A stretch of DNA of 39,946 bases from Minisyncoccota bacterium (GTDB lineage: Bacteria; Patescibacteriota; Minisyncoccia; UBA6257; UBA9933), in NCBI GenBank assembly GCA_036444215.1, contig JAZGAA010000020.1, positions 1 to 39,946 of the forward strand. Reading direction: 5' to 3'. The notes below the pieces were generated by a model. That model saw only the letters and a program-made list of their open reading frames with translations, was not told the DNA's origin and searched no databases. The number at the start of each line of letters is the position of its first letter. Position 1 is the first letter of the stretch. Of this stretch, positions 1-8,798 are shown in pieces. The position numbers and the translations under genes are program-made.

Positions 1-90
1 CCCAATTTCTAAATTCAAAACACGTGTTTAGAATTTTGGTCATTGAGTATTATTTGTAATTTGGTGCTTGAGATTTGAGATTTAATAATA

Positions 91-270
91 ATGTTCGGTA
101 TTGGTACAAAAGAACTAATAATAATCGCCATTATTTTGGTGTTGCTTTTCGGGGCTAAAAAGATTCCGGATTTGGCCAGGGGAATTGGCGACGCTGTTCG
201 ACATTTAAGAAAAGCAGCGAAAGGAGAAGAAGAGACAAAAGAAGAAACAAAGAATGATTTAAATCAATAA
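91..270 (+). CDS. tatA: Twin-arginine translocase subunit TatA/E (59 aa); absent from supplied ORF track (below length cutoff)
   Basis: ATG 91, TAA 268-270. The translation is MFGIGTKELIIIAIILVLLFGAKKIPDLARGIGDAVRHLRKAAKGEEETKEETKNDLNQ. It has an N-terminal TM helix, an FG-x-KKIP-x-L hinge and a charged tail, which is the TatA/E signature. Confidence 0.8.
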   Translation: MFGIGTKELIIIAIILVLLFGAKKIPDLARGIGDAVRHLRKAAKGEEETKEETKNDLNQ

Positions 271-294
271 ATCATTAAATATTTTTTATAAATA

Positions 295-3200
295 ATGAAA
301 GCTGGTAAATTATTATTAATTTTATCTTTGGCAGTAACTTTTGTTACGGTTTTTGCCAATTTTGTTTTTGCAGAGTCAGCGCTTTACCAGAGATTTGAAC
401 CGAATTCCACCTCAACAGTCGGAGAGTTTCTTTTTGATGATGATTATATTGCCACCACTACCCCGGCTTGCAATATTACGATCAGAGACACTTCAGGAAG
501 CGTATGGGTTAATAATGCTTCAATGTCAACCAGCTCTGATGGCTGGTATAGCTACACTTTTTATACTTCTTCAACTTTAGGTTTTTACCGCGGCATAATG
601 ACGTGCGGCACAAGCACTGACAGTAGTTTGATATCAACTGACAAATCGTTTTTTGTCGGTCCAACTTTTTATTCAACAACAACTATTGTTGAGACAATTT
701 GGTCTTACACTGGTTCAACTTTGGACACGGCTAACAATGCTATTGCTAAAGTTTGGAGCTATGCCGCTAGAAAATTAACTTCTAGACAAATTGCCACTAG
801 TTCAGAATATATTGCCGGTGTAACCACCTCTACTGCCATTGCTCAAGTGGCGGAAAAATCCGTGGTTGATGCTATTGAATACGACGTTGATTTAATTAGA
901 GGAGTAACTTTTGATTTCAGCGGGTTTGCTGATGTAGGTTCAAGTAGTTCTACTTTAGTTGATTCAGAATTAACACACCCGGATGACTATTGGAATAATT
1001 ATCGTTTGATAATGATGTCAGGTTCTAATTTCGGCGAAGAAAGAACGGTTTCCGATTTTGTTGCGTCTACAGATACCATAACTGTTTCTTCGCCGTTTAC
1101 AAACGCGATTTCAGCAAGCGATAAATACGTTTTATTTCATGAAGACAGATTAGTTTATCAGATTTGGAATTATAGCACCCGAACTTTGACCAGCTTCGGC
1201 ACTTTGGTAACGGATATTTGGAGTAATGCCAGTCGTACTATGACAGCTTTCGGTTCATTAGCTGCTGATGTCTGGAATAACACTTATGCTCCAACTAGAG
1301 GATTAAGTACTTCAACATTAACTTCCGGCTCCTTAGCCACTCTTACGAATTTAAATACTTTAGAGAGTAATATTAGGGGCGCTAGCTCAACTGATTTAAC
1401 TACTTTAGCTGGTTATGTTGATTCAGTAGAAGGTTATATTGGGATACCAACTGATACCGCGACTTCTACGTTATTCGGGGCTATTAAAGATGTAAGAACA
1501 AAATTAGATCAATTAGACACTTTAGAGACGAAAATTAATACATTAGATACGGTAGTTGACCTTATCCGCGCTTCGCAGTTGCTTGGTTATAATCTTGAAC
1601 TTTCTGATATTGGAGAGATTGTAGAGACGAAGAATTATCGGGCTAAATTAGTAATAACTGATTATGAAAGTAATCCAGTAGATGCTTCTTCTACGCCATC
1701 TATTGTTCTTTATGACGCTTTAAGAGCAACAGCTACCAGCACTACAATGACCAAGCTTTCTACTGGTGTGTATGAATTTGTTTATACGGTCGTCTCAGGA
1801 GCAGCCAATGGAACCTGGGAAACATTGGTTAGTGTTGATTTGGGCGGTTCGGCAAACGTCCAGTTGAACGACTATTGGGAAGTAGAGGGCTCGCCAGCCC
1901 AGGTAGTTATAAATAGCATGAGCGATACTACGGTTCCATCAATTTCTGCCAATACAACTATTTCCAATGAGGGCTCTACCGGCTATGAATATCAATATGA
2001 ATATTGCGTGGTGTCCACAGAGGCCAATCAATGTGGAGGAGGAGATGATGTAGCTTATGCTAATGCAGCCAAGTATCTTAATGCCGGACAAGATTGGACA
2101 ACTGATTTAGGATTAACTGTTTCCAATACGGGAGATTATTGGTTCAAAGTCGTGGTTTATTGGGGAAGCGAAACTTCAGGGGCATCCAGGACATTTACTG
2201 CTGGCGAAGAACCAGCCCCAGAAGCGCCATCAGGCGGCGGAGTTACGGTTGGAGTAAGCTTAAACACTATTTACAGCAAGCTTTTAGAAGTTCAAGAAGA
2301 ATTAGGATATCACGCCATACCGTCGCAAAATCTAGGAACTTCAGTTTATGAAACGCTTAGAGCTATGGCAGGAGATTTGGAAACAGTAGCCGGCGTTGAG
2401 GGTTGCGGATTGTGCAATATTTTCAAATTAGAACAAGAACAGGCAAATGACATAGATTATCTAAAAAACAAGCTTTCCGAACTTAGGGCTTTACTTGACG
2501 TTAATAAATTACTTATTGATAAAGCGGCGAATAAACCGGTTATTAAAACCTGGTTTGAATGGGGTTCTGTTGTTTTGAAAATGTTAGTAATTAATCCGTC
2601 TGTTTCTCAGTCTCAAATTATCCCATTTGAAGCGTATCTGCCAAGAGAAGTTAAACCGGAACATATTATTGACCGCGGAGATTTAATATTGGATTTTGAT
2701 GAAGAAAATAATCTCTGGTATGTTCATAAGGAAATAAGGTTAGCAGCTGGTGAGTCAGCAACCAAAAGAGTGGAAATTAAAGATATCTGGATAGTTCACG
2801 AAGAGGATATTGATTCTTTGAGAAACCAATTTGAAGAATTGATAAAGCCGTTAGAAAAGACAGCTTTCTTTGCCCAAGCTGTTACTTTGAAAAGCGATGC
2901 TGACAGGTTATTAGACGGAATTATTAGAAAACAAAATGAATACAAAGCCACACCGCAAGAGCACATTATAGCTTATCGGGAAAATCAAGAAAGCTTAAAT
3001 GCAATTGAGAGCAATCTTGAAGCATTACAAAAATTAGTAGCTGAAGAAAGCGGAGCCAGCAGGGCAATCGGAAGTTTGTTTGGAGTTTCTACAACAATGA
3101 CTTGGGCAATTGTAATTATTGTAATAGTTGGAATCGCGGTATTAATGATAATGCTTTACATAATGTTATTGCGGCACCAAGATTTGGAATATCATTTGGC

Positions 3201-3384
3201 CGGCGAAGAAGGATTGCAAAAAAATCCTCAGCGCGGCTTGCGTCACTCATTAATAAGACAGACGTCGAAAATTCACAGTCATTTTTCAACAGTTACCTTA
3301 AAAGTTATAATTAGATTTTTGATTATTATCGGAATTTTATCTTTGTTAATTTGGCTCTTAATAAAATTTACTCCAGGTTTTTAG
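295..3384 (+). CDS. Giant secreted/membrane-anchored surface protein of unknown family (1029 aa)
   Basis: Sec-type signal peptide (KLLLILSLAVTFVTVFANFVFA/ES). The body is Thr/Ser-rich with five W-x-[YN]...R-x-[LM]-T repeats. There is a coiled-coil-like segment and two C-terminal TM helices. I recognise no family. Confidence 0.75.
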   Translation: MKAGKLLLILSLAVTFVTVFANFVFAESALYQRFEPNSTSTVGEFLFDDDYIATTTPACNITIRDTSGSVWVNNASMSTSSDGWYSYTFYTSSTLGFYRGIMTCGTSTDSSLISTDKSFFVGPTFYSTTTIVETIWSYTGSTLDTANNAIAKVWSYAARKLTSRQIATSSEYIAGVTTSTAIAQVAEKSVVDAIEYDVDLIRGVTFDFSGFADVGSSSSTLVDSELTHPDDYWNNYRLIMMSGSNFGEERTVSDFVASTDTITVSSPFTNAISASDKYVLFHEDRLVYQIWNYSTRTLTSFGTLVTDIWSNASRTMTAFGSLAADVWNNTYAPTRGLSTSTLTSGSLATLTNLNTLESNIRGASSTDLTTLAGYVDSVEGYIGIPTDTATSTLFGAIKDVRTKLDQLDTLETKINTLDTVVDLIRASQLLGYNLELSDIGEIVETKNYRAKLVITDYESNPVDASSTPSIVLYDALRATATSTTMTKLSTGVYEFVYTVVSGAANGTWETLVSVDLGGSANVQLNDYWEVEGSPAQVVINSMSDTTVPSISANTTISNEGSTGYEYQYEYCVVSTEANQCGGGDDVAYANAAKYLNAGQDWTTDLGLTVSNTGDYWFKVVVYWGSETSGASRTFTAGEEPAPEAPSGGGVTVGVSLNTIYSKLLEVQEELGYHAIPSQNLGTSVYETLRAMAGDLETVAGVEGCGLCNIFKLEQEQANDIDYLKNKLSELRALLDVNKLLIDKAANKPVIKTWFEWGSVVLKMLVINPSVSQSQIIPFEAYLPREVKPEHIIDRGDLILDFDEENNLWYVHKEIRLAAGESATKRVEIKDIWIVHEEDIDSLRNQFEELIKPLEKTAFFAQAVTLKSDADRLLDGIIRKQNEYKATPQEHIIAYRENQESLNAIESNLEALQKLVAEESGASRAIGSLFGVSTTMTWAIVIIVIVGIAVLMIMLYIMLLRHQDLEYHLAGEEGLQKNPQRGLRHSLIRQTSKIHSHFSTVTLKVIIRFLIIIGILSLLIWLLIKFTPGF

Positions 3385-3508
3385 AAATTTATTTAAGTGG
3401 GTGGTGGTTTACCCAGCACTAGAAATTCTACGAATTTCAGTGCGGGGTTTACTTTTTGTCTCTAAATTGTCATTATAAAGAAACTAATTAAGCACTAATT
3501 CGTTTTAT

Positions 3509-4045
3509 ATGTTAGATGGCGAGAAAAATATAATAAAAAGTGCCATCCGGGGTAAGTCCTCGTCTTTTGGCTTACTTTACGATCACTACCAACCAAGAAT
3601 TTATCGGTTTATTTATCTTAAAGTCAGCCACCGTGAGGAAGCCGAGGACCTTACCCATCAGGTGTTTTTAAGCGCCTGGCAGAATATTGATAACTACAAA
3701 TTTAAAGGATTTCCGTTTTCAAGTTTTCTTTATAGAATTGCCAGAAATCAAGTAATTGATTATTACCGAACAAAAAAGAAAAATGTCAGTTTAGAAAATA
3801 TTGCCGACCCGGAGATTGAAAGTTTTAGCGAGAAAATAATTGACAGTAATTTAGAGCTTGAAAAAGTCAGAGAAGCCATTACTCAACTTAATCCGGAACA
3901 ACAAGATGTGATTATTATGAGGTTTGTTGAGGACCTTTCGTCGCAGGAAGTGGCAAAAGCGCTTAATAAGAGTTCTGGCGCCGTGAGATTATTACAGTAT
4001 AGAGCGATAAAGAATCTAAAAAGAATTATGAATAATGAAGCATGA
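3509..4045 (+). CDS. ECF-type RNA polymerase sigma-70 family factor
   Basis: 178 aa. Region 2 is YRFIYLKV..EEAEDLTHQVFLSAW and ARNQVIDYYR. The region 4 HTH is LSSQEVAKALNKSSGAVRLLQYRAIKNLK. Confidence 0.85.
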   Translation: MLDGEKNIIKSAIRGKSSSFGLLYDHYQPRIYRFIYLKVSHREEAEDLTHQVFLSAWQNIDNYKFKGFPFSSFLYRIARNQVIDYYRTKKKNVSLENIADPEIESFSEKIIDSNLELEKVREAITQLNPEQQDVIIMRFVEDLSSQEVAKALNKSSGAVRLLQYRAIKNLKRIMNNEA

Positions 4046-4051
4046 ATTATT

Positions 4052-4567
4052 ATGCCAAAGGATTTACTCAAAAATTTAAAAGATTTACAGCAGATTAGAC
4101 CCGATGACGAATATGCCAAGCGGTCGCGACTTTTGATTTTATCTTCACCGCACTATGAAACAAGAGTTAGAAAAATTAATCCGATTGCCATTATGGCAGT
4201 TTCCGGAGTTTTTGTTTTAATAATTGTTTTTAGCGTTTCATACATTAATCAAATTTTATCACCAATATTTTTACCGGGTTTAAATCAAAATGATTTAGTT
4301 GCCGAAGCAAACGAAATGACAGCTTTAATTCAGGTAAGATTAGATGATGTTAAATATAATATTCAGGAACTTGAAGATAAAAGTTTGGCAGACCTGGCAA
4401 CTCTTAACGAATTAAAGGTTTTATTAAAGGAAGTTACTAATAAATTAGAAGAAGCAGCTGGACTTGGTCTTGATGGCGAAGATTTAGAGGTGTCTTTACA
4501 AAAGATGAAGTCAGCTTACGAGATTCTTCAAGAAATGAGTTTAGAGATAAGTGGAGTGCTAAAATAA
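4052..4567 (+). CDS. Single-pass membrane protein, putative anti-sigma factor (assigned by position only)
   Basis: Starts 6 nt after the sigma gene. It has one TM helix (IAIMAVSGVFVLIIVFSVSYI) and a coiled-coil-like C-terminus. No zinc anti-sigma motif is present. Confidence 0.4.
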   Translation: MPKDLLKNLKDLQQIRPDDEYAKRSRLLILSSPHYETRVRKINPIAIMAVSGVFVLIIVFSVSYINQILSPIFLPGLNQNDLVAEANEMTALIQVRLDDVKYNIQELEDKSLADLATLNELKVLLKEVTNKLEEAAGLGLDGEDLEVSLQKMKSAYEILQEMSLEISGVLK

Positions 4568-4569
4568 AT

Positions 4570-4598
4570 AACCCCGACGTAATGTCGGGGTTATTTTG
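4570..4598. terminator. Bidirectional rho-independent terminator between the anti-sigma-like gene and hup
   Basis: AACCCCGAC-gtaat-GTCGGGGTT is a 9-bp stem. It is flanked by an A-run upstream and ATTTTGTT downstream. Confidence 0.7.
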
Positions 4599-4616
4599 TT
4601 CAATTTTTATTTATCT

Positions 4617-4892
4617 TTATTTAACAGCTTCTTTGAGCGCTTTACCAGCTCGAAATTTTGGTTTAATTGAAGCTGCAATTTGAATTTTTTCTCCAGTTTT
4701 TGGATTAACTCCCATTCGAGCAGCTCTTTTGGCAACTTTAAAAACGCCAAAACCGGGAATAGCTACTTCTTCTCCTTTTGATAATGTTTTGGTAATAATA
4801 TCAAATACAGCGTCAACAGTTTCAATTGCCTGTTTTTTAACTTCAATTCCAGCAGAAGTCATTAATGCTTCGGCTAATTCTACTTTTTTCAT
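4617..4892 (-). CDS. hup: DNA-binding protein HU
   Basis: 91 aa. It has GFGVFKV..R.ARMGVNPKTGEKIQI...KPKFRAGKALK, the canonical HU/IHF arm. Confidence 0.92.
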   Translation of the reverse strand: MKKVELAEALMTSAGIEVKKQAIETVDAVFDIITKTLSKGEEVAIPGFGVFKVAKRAARMGVNPKTGEKIQIAASIKPKFRAGKALKEAVK

Positions 4893-5036
4893 AATTTAAA
4901 TTAAAGATTAGTGATTTAATTCTCTCGACCTTTATCTTAACGTATATTAATTATAGTAGATTATATAGGAAAAATCTACTAAAAACAACCTTTAATCTGT
5001 TAACTAATTAAACTAGCTAACTAATCAACTAGTCAA

Positions 5037-6563
5037 CTACTTTGCGTACTCTACCGCCCTTATTTCTCTTATGACGTTTACTTTAATCTCTCCTGGATAT
5101 TTTAGTTCAGATTCTATCTTATTGGCAATATCTTTGGCTAATTGAAGGGCTTTGAAGTCATCAATTTTCTCCGGCACCACAAAAACTCTTAACTCCCGGC
5201 CCGCGGAAATAGCATAAGCGGTTTTAACGCCTTCAAATTCAGAAGCTATTTTTTCTAAATCTCCCAAACGTTTGATGTAATTTTCCAATGTATCGCGTCT
5301 GGCTCCTGGTCTGGCAGCTGATAGAGCATCAGCAGCAGCAACAATATACGATTCCGAAGTGCTAAAAGGATATTCTTCATGATGAGATTCCATTGATTTG
5401 ATTATTTCCTCGGCAATTCCGTATTTTTTCAAAATCCTCATTCCCAATTCAGTGTGACTGCCTTGTACTTCATGGTCAATGGCTTTGCCAATGTCATGCA
5501 ACAAAGCTCCTTTTTTAACAGTTTCAATATCTAAATTAAGTTCCGAGGCCATCATTGATGCTAAATAAGCGGTTTCAATAGAGTGAACCAAGACATTTTG
5601 TCCGTAGCTGGTCCTAAAATGAAGCCGTCCCAATAGTTGAATAATTTCTTTAGGCAGGTCATATACGCCTACTTCATAAGCTGCTGCTTCGCCAGTTTCA
5701 GTGATTTTTTTATTTATTTCAGACCGCGCTTCTTCAACTTTTTCTTCAATTTTTGCCGGTTGAATCCGACCGTCTTTAATTAATTTCTCTAAAGTTAATT
5801 TGGTAATTTCCCGTCTTATCGGATCAAATGAGGAAATTATTAAACTATCGGGCGTTTCATCTATTATTAATTCTACACCCGTCAGTCGTTCCAATGTCCT
5901 GATATTTCTTCCTTCTCGGCCGATAATTTTACCTTTAAGGTCCTCGTCGGGAAGATTGAATGCCGTAGTTGTTATTTCCGACACATGAGAACGGGCATAA
6001 CGCTGGATAGCGGTGGTAATAATTTCTAAACTTCGACGTTCAATTTCTTCTCTTCTTTTCCCTTCTAATTTTTGGATAACTGAAGCAATCTCTTGTTGAT
6101 ATTTTTTTTCGGTTTCTTTTAGAAGCGAATCTCTGGCTTCAGAAAAAGACAGCTTGGCAATTCTTTCAAGTTCCAAATCGGCTTTTTTATTCAGCTCTTC
6201 AATTTGGGTCTTAGCGGTTTTTAACTTTTCAATATCTTGACTTACTTGGGATTCGCGTAATCTTAAATCAGATAACTGTTTTTCGGTGAACTCTTCTTTT
6301 TTAAGAAGACGCTCCTCTAAGCGATTAAGTTGAGTTTTTCGTTCTCGTTCCTCTTTTTTTATTTCTTCAAGTAACCCAGTGGCTTTTTCCTGGGCTTCAA
6401 GAATTATTTCTTTAGATTTTGCCTTAGCTTCCTCAAGCTGCCTTTTGATTTTTTGTTCAATTGAGCTGTCCTGCCTGACGGCAATTAATTGTCGGATAAA
6501 ATAGCCGGCAACTAATCCCGAAGTAATTAAAGCAACCCAAAAAAGTGGATTTTGGTAATTCAT
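5037..6563 (-). CDS. rny: Ribonuclease Y
   Basis: 508 aa. It has an N-terminal TM helix, a long coiled coil, a KH motif (GKIIGREGRNIRTLE) and an HD domain (LLHDIGKA..H). Confidence 0.92.
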   Translation of the reverse strand: MNYQNPLFWVALITSGLVAGYFIRQLIAVRQDSSIEQKIKRQLEEAKAKSKEIILEAQEKATGLLEEIKKEERERKTQLNRLEERLLKKEEFTEKQLSDLRLRESQVSQDIEKLKTAKTQIEELNKKADLELERIAKLSFSEARDSLLKETEKKYQQEIASVIQKLEGKRREEIERRSLEIITTAIQRYARSHVSEITTTAFNLPDEDLKGKIIGREGRNIRTLERLTGVELIIDETPDSLIISSFDPIRREITKLTLEKLIKDGRIQPAKIEEKVEEARSEINKKITETGEAAAYEVGVYDLPKEIIQLLGRLHFRTSYGQNVLVHSIETAYLASMMASELNLDIETVKKGALLHDIGKAIDHEVQGSHTELGMRILKKYGIAEEIIKSMESHHEEYPFSTSESYIVAAADALSAARPGARRDTLENYIKRLGDLEKIASEFEGVKTAYAISAGRELRVFVVPEKIDDFKALQLAKDIANKIESELKYPGEIKVNVIREIRAVEYAK

Positions 6564-6609
6564 ATATTTGGTTGTTTGTTAAATACTTCATTTGCCTTTA
6601 ATTAAATCC

Positions 6610-6625
6610 ATTATAGCGCTATAAT
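6610..6625. promoter_or_regulatory. 16-nt perfect palindrome ATTATAGCGCTATAAT, giving back-to-back TATAAT boxes for divergent rny and gpmI
   Basis: On the plus strand, TATAAT at 6620-6625 lies 6 nt before the gpmI ATG (6632). On the minus strand, TATAAT at 6615-6610 lies 46 nt before the rny ATG. Confidence 0.5.
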
Positions 6626-6631
6626 AAAAAA

Positions 6632-8182
6632 ATGTCAAAACGAACCGTTATTTTAGCAATCTTAGATGGTTGGGGGATTGGCCGTCAGAATGAATCTAAC
6701 CCGATTTTCATAGCTAAACCATCAAATATTAATTATATTAAAAGCAATTTTCCAGCCGGCGCCCTTCAGGCCTCGGGGATTGCCGTTGGTCTTCCTTGGG
6801 GTGAAGAAGGGAACAGCGAGGTTGGACACTTAAATTTGGGAGGCGGTAAGATTATTTATCAAAATTATCCCCGGATTACTTTAACTATTAGAGACAGCAC
6901 TTTTTTTAAAAATAAGATATTAAGAGAAGTATTTGAACATGCCAAAAAAAATAATTCCCAAGTTAATTTTATTGGTCTTTTGAGCAAAGGGAATATCCAT
7001 TCTTCTTTTGAGCATTTAGAGGCCTTACTCAAATTTGCCGAGCAAGAAGGTTTATCCGGAAGAGTAAATCTTCATTTAATTACCGACGGCCGTGATAGCC
7101 CGCCCCAGTCAGCAATTGAGTTGTTGAGGCGTTTGCAAAAAGACAAATTAGCAAGTATTGCCGGACGTTACTATGCCATGGACCGTGATAAACATTGGGA
7201 CAGAACCAAAAAGGCCTATCAGGTTTTAGTTGGTGAAGGGTCCTCTATAGATGATTTTGAGAGCCATATTAAAAACACCTATCAGAAAAATCTTAATGAT
7301 GAGTATGTTGAACCGGTACTAATTGGTCCTGAGTCAAAAAATCGTGGCATTAAAGAAAACGACGCAGTGATTTTTTTTAATTTTCGTGAAGACCGGATGC
7401 GTCAAATTGTTGAGCCGTTTATTAACAGTAATTTTGCTCAATTTCCGATTAAAAATTTCTCCAATCTCCATATAGCGACAATGATTAGTTATGATGATAG
7501 ATTTAAGGCCCTGGTAATTTTTCAGTCAAAAAAAATAGAAAATCCTTTAAGTAGAGTTTTAGCTGACAATCAAAAAAGTCAATTTCGGGTGGCGGAAACC
7601 GAAAAATATGCCCACATTACTTATTTTTTTAACGGTCAAAAAGAAGTGCCGTTTAAAAATGAATATCGGATATTAATTCCCTCTCAAAAAGTAATTCGAT
7701 ATGATGAACATCCGGAAATGATGGCTGCTGAGATTACTAATCGGATAATTGGAGCTATTGAGGACAAGGGTTTTGATTTTATTTTGGCAAATTATGCCAA
7801 CCCGGATATGGTTGCCCACACCGGCAATTATCAAGCCGCTATTCAAGCGATTAAAGTAATTGACGAAGAAATCGGTAAAGTGAAGGAAGTTGTTTTGAAA
7901 CAAAACGCAATTTTAATTATTACCTCTGATCACGGCAATATTGAGAGAATGTTCAATCCATTAACCGGCGTCCCGGAAACCAAACACGACCCTAATCCGG
8001 TTCCAGTTTATTTAGTTGCTAAAGAATATGAGAGAAGCAAAAGTAAATCAGAAATTTATAAATCAGAAAGCAAAACAATTGGCATACTTGCTGATATAGC
8101 TCCGACAATTCTTGAGTTGATGGACATTCCTAAACCCAAAGAGATGACCGGCATAAGTTTGCTAAAGGAGTTAGTAATATGA
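6632..8182 (+). CDS. gpmI: 2,3-bisphosphoglycerate-independent phosphoglycerate mutase
   Basis: 516 aa. It has ILDGWG, NSEVGHLNLG, TDGRD, YFFNG, NPDMVAHTG and TSDHGN, the iPGM signature blocks. Confidence 0.92.
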   Translation: MSKRTVILAILDGWGIGRQNESNPIFIAKPSNINYIKSNFPAGALQASGIAVGLPWGEEGNSEVGHLNLGGGKIIYQNYPRITLTIRDSTFFKNKILREVFEHAKKNNSQVNFIGLLSKGNIHSSFEHLEALLKFAEQEGLSGRVNLHLITDGRDSPPQSAIELLRRLQKDKLASIAGRYYAMDRDKHWDRTKKAYQVLVGEGSSIDDFESHIKNTYQKNLNDEYVEPVLIGPESKNRGIKENDAVIFFNFREDRMRQIVEPFINSNFAQFPIKNFSNLHIATMISYDDRFKALVIFQSKKIENPLSRVLADNQKSQFRVAETEKYAHITYFFNGQKEVPFKNEYRILIPSQKVIRYDEHPEMMAAEITNRIIGAIEDKGFDFILANYANPDMVAHTGNYQAAIQAIKVIDEEIGKVKEVVLKQNAILIITSDHGNIERMFNPLTGVPETKHDPNPVPVYLVAKEYERSKSKSEIYKSESKTIGILADIAPTILELMDIPKPKEMTGISLLKELVI

Positions 8183-8194
8183 TAACATGTTAAT

Positions 8195-8560
8195 ATGAAG
8201 CTTTTTTCTAAACTAGTTTTTTTTCTTTTTTCTAATTTAGTGGCGCTTTTGGCAGCGGCTTATTTTGTTGAGGGTTTTGAGATTTCGCCGGGTTTTATAA
8301 ACTATCTTACTGTTGCCGCGATTTTGACTTTGATTAATGTCTTTATCAGACCTTTTATTAAACTTGTCTTAACTCCAATAATTATTTTAACTCTTGGATT
8401 AGGCATTATTTTAGTTAATGCTTTAACGCTTTATATTCTTGACATTTTTTCCAACGAGATTACTATTATTGGGCTCGCGGCTTTGGTTTACGCGACTTTA
8501 ATTGTAAGCGCCGTAAATATCTTGATTAATTTTTCGGCAAAAAGGATATATAAACAATGA
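8195..8560 (+). CDS. Small 4-TM membrane protein (holin-family-IV / DUF360-like)
   Basis: 121 aa and almost entirely hydrophobic helices. The layout is like YvlD/DUF360 proteins. The name does not imply a prophage. Confidence 0.5.
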   Translation: MKLFSKLVFFLFSNLVALLAAAYFVEGFEISPGFINYLTVAAILTLINVFIRPFIKLVLTPIIILTLGLGIILVNALTLYILDIFSNEITIIGLAALVYATLIVSAVNILINFSAKRIYKQ

Positions 8561-8772
8561 TAATCTCCATCGCCCAAATCATCATTTCTGTTGTTTTGAT
8601 TATTTTAATTCTTCTTCAAGAGCGGTCTTCCGGACTTTCCGGCATGTTTGGCGGCGGCGGCGAAGGAGAATTTTATCAAAAGCGTCGCGGCTTGGAAAAA
8701 CTTATTTTCCGGGGCACTATAATTTTAGTCATTCTTTTTGCCGGCTTATCGTTGGTCAACCTCCTCCTCTAA
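8557..8772 (+). CDS. secG: Preprotein translocase subunit SecG
   Basis: 71 aa. It has two TM helices with LLQ..S.GLSG.FGGGG between them. There is a 4-nt ATGA overlap with the upstream gene. Confidence 0.8.
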   Translation: MIISIAQIIISVVLIILILLQERSSGLSGMFGGGGEGEFYQKRRGLEKLIFRGTIILVILFAGLSLVNLLL

Positions 8773-8798
8773 ATTAAAATTAGTAGATTGTAGATTGA

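Noticed and set aside
8195-8560. A 'phage holin family IV'-like membrane protein as evidence of a prophage.
   Set aside because: It overlaps secG by 4 nt and sits between gpmI and secG, with no other phage genes. This family is widespread as a chromosomal membrane protein.
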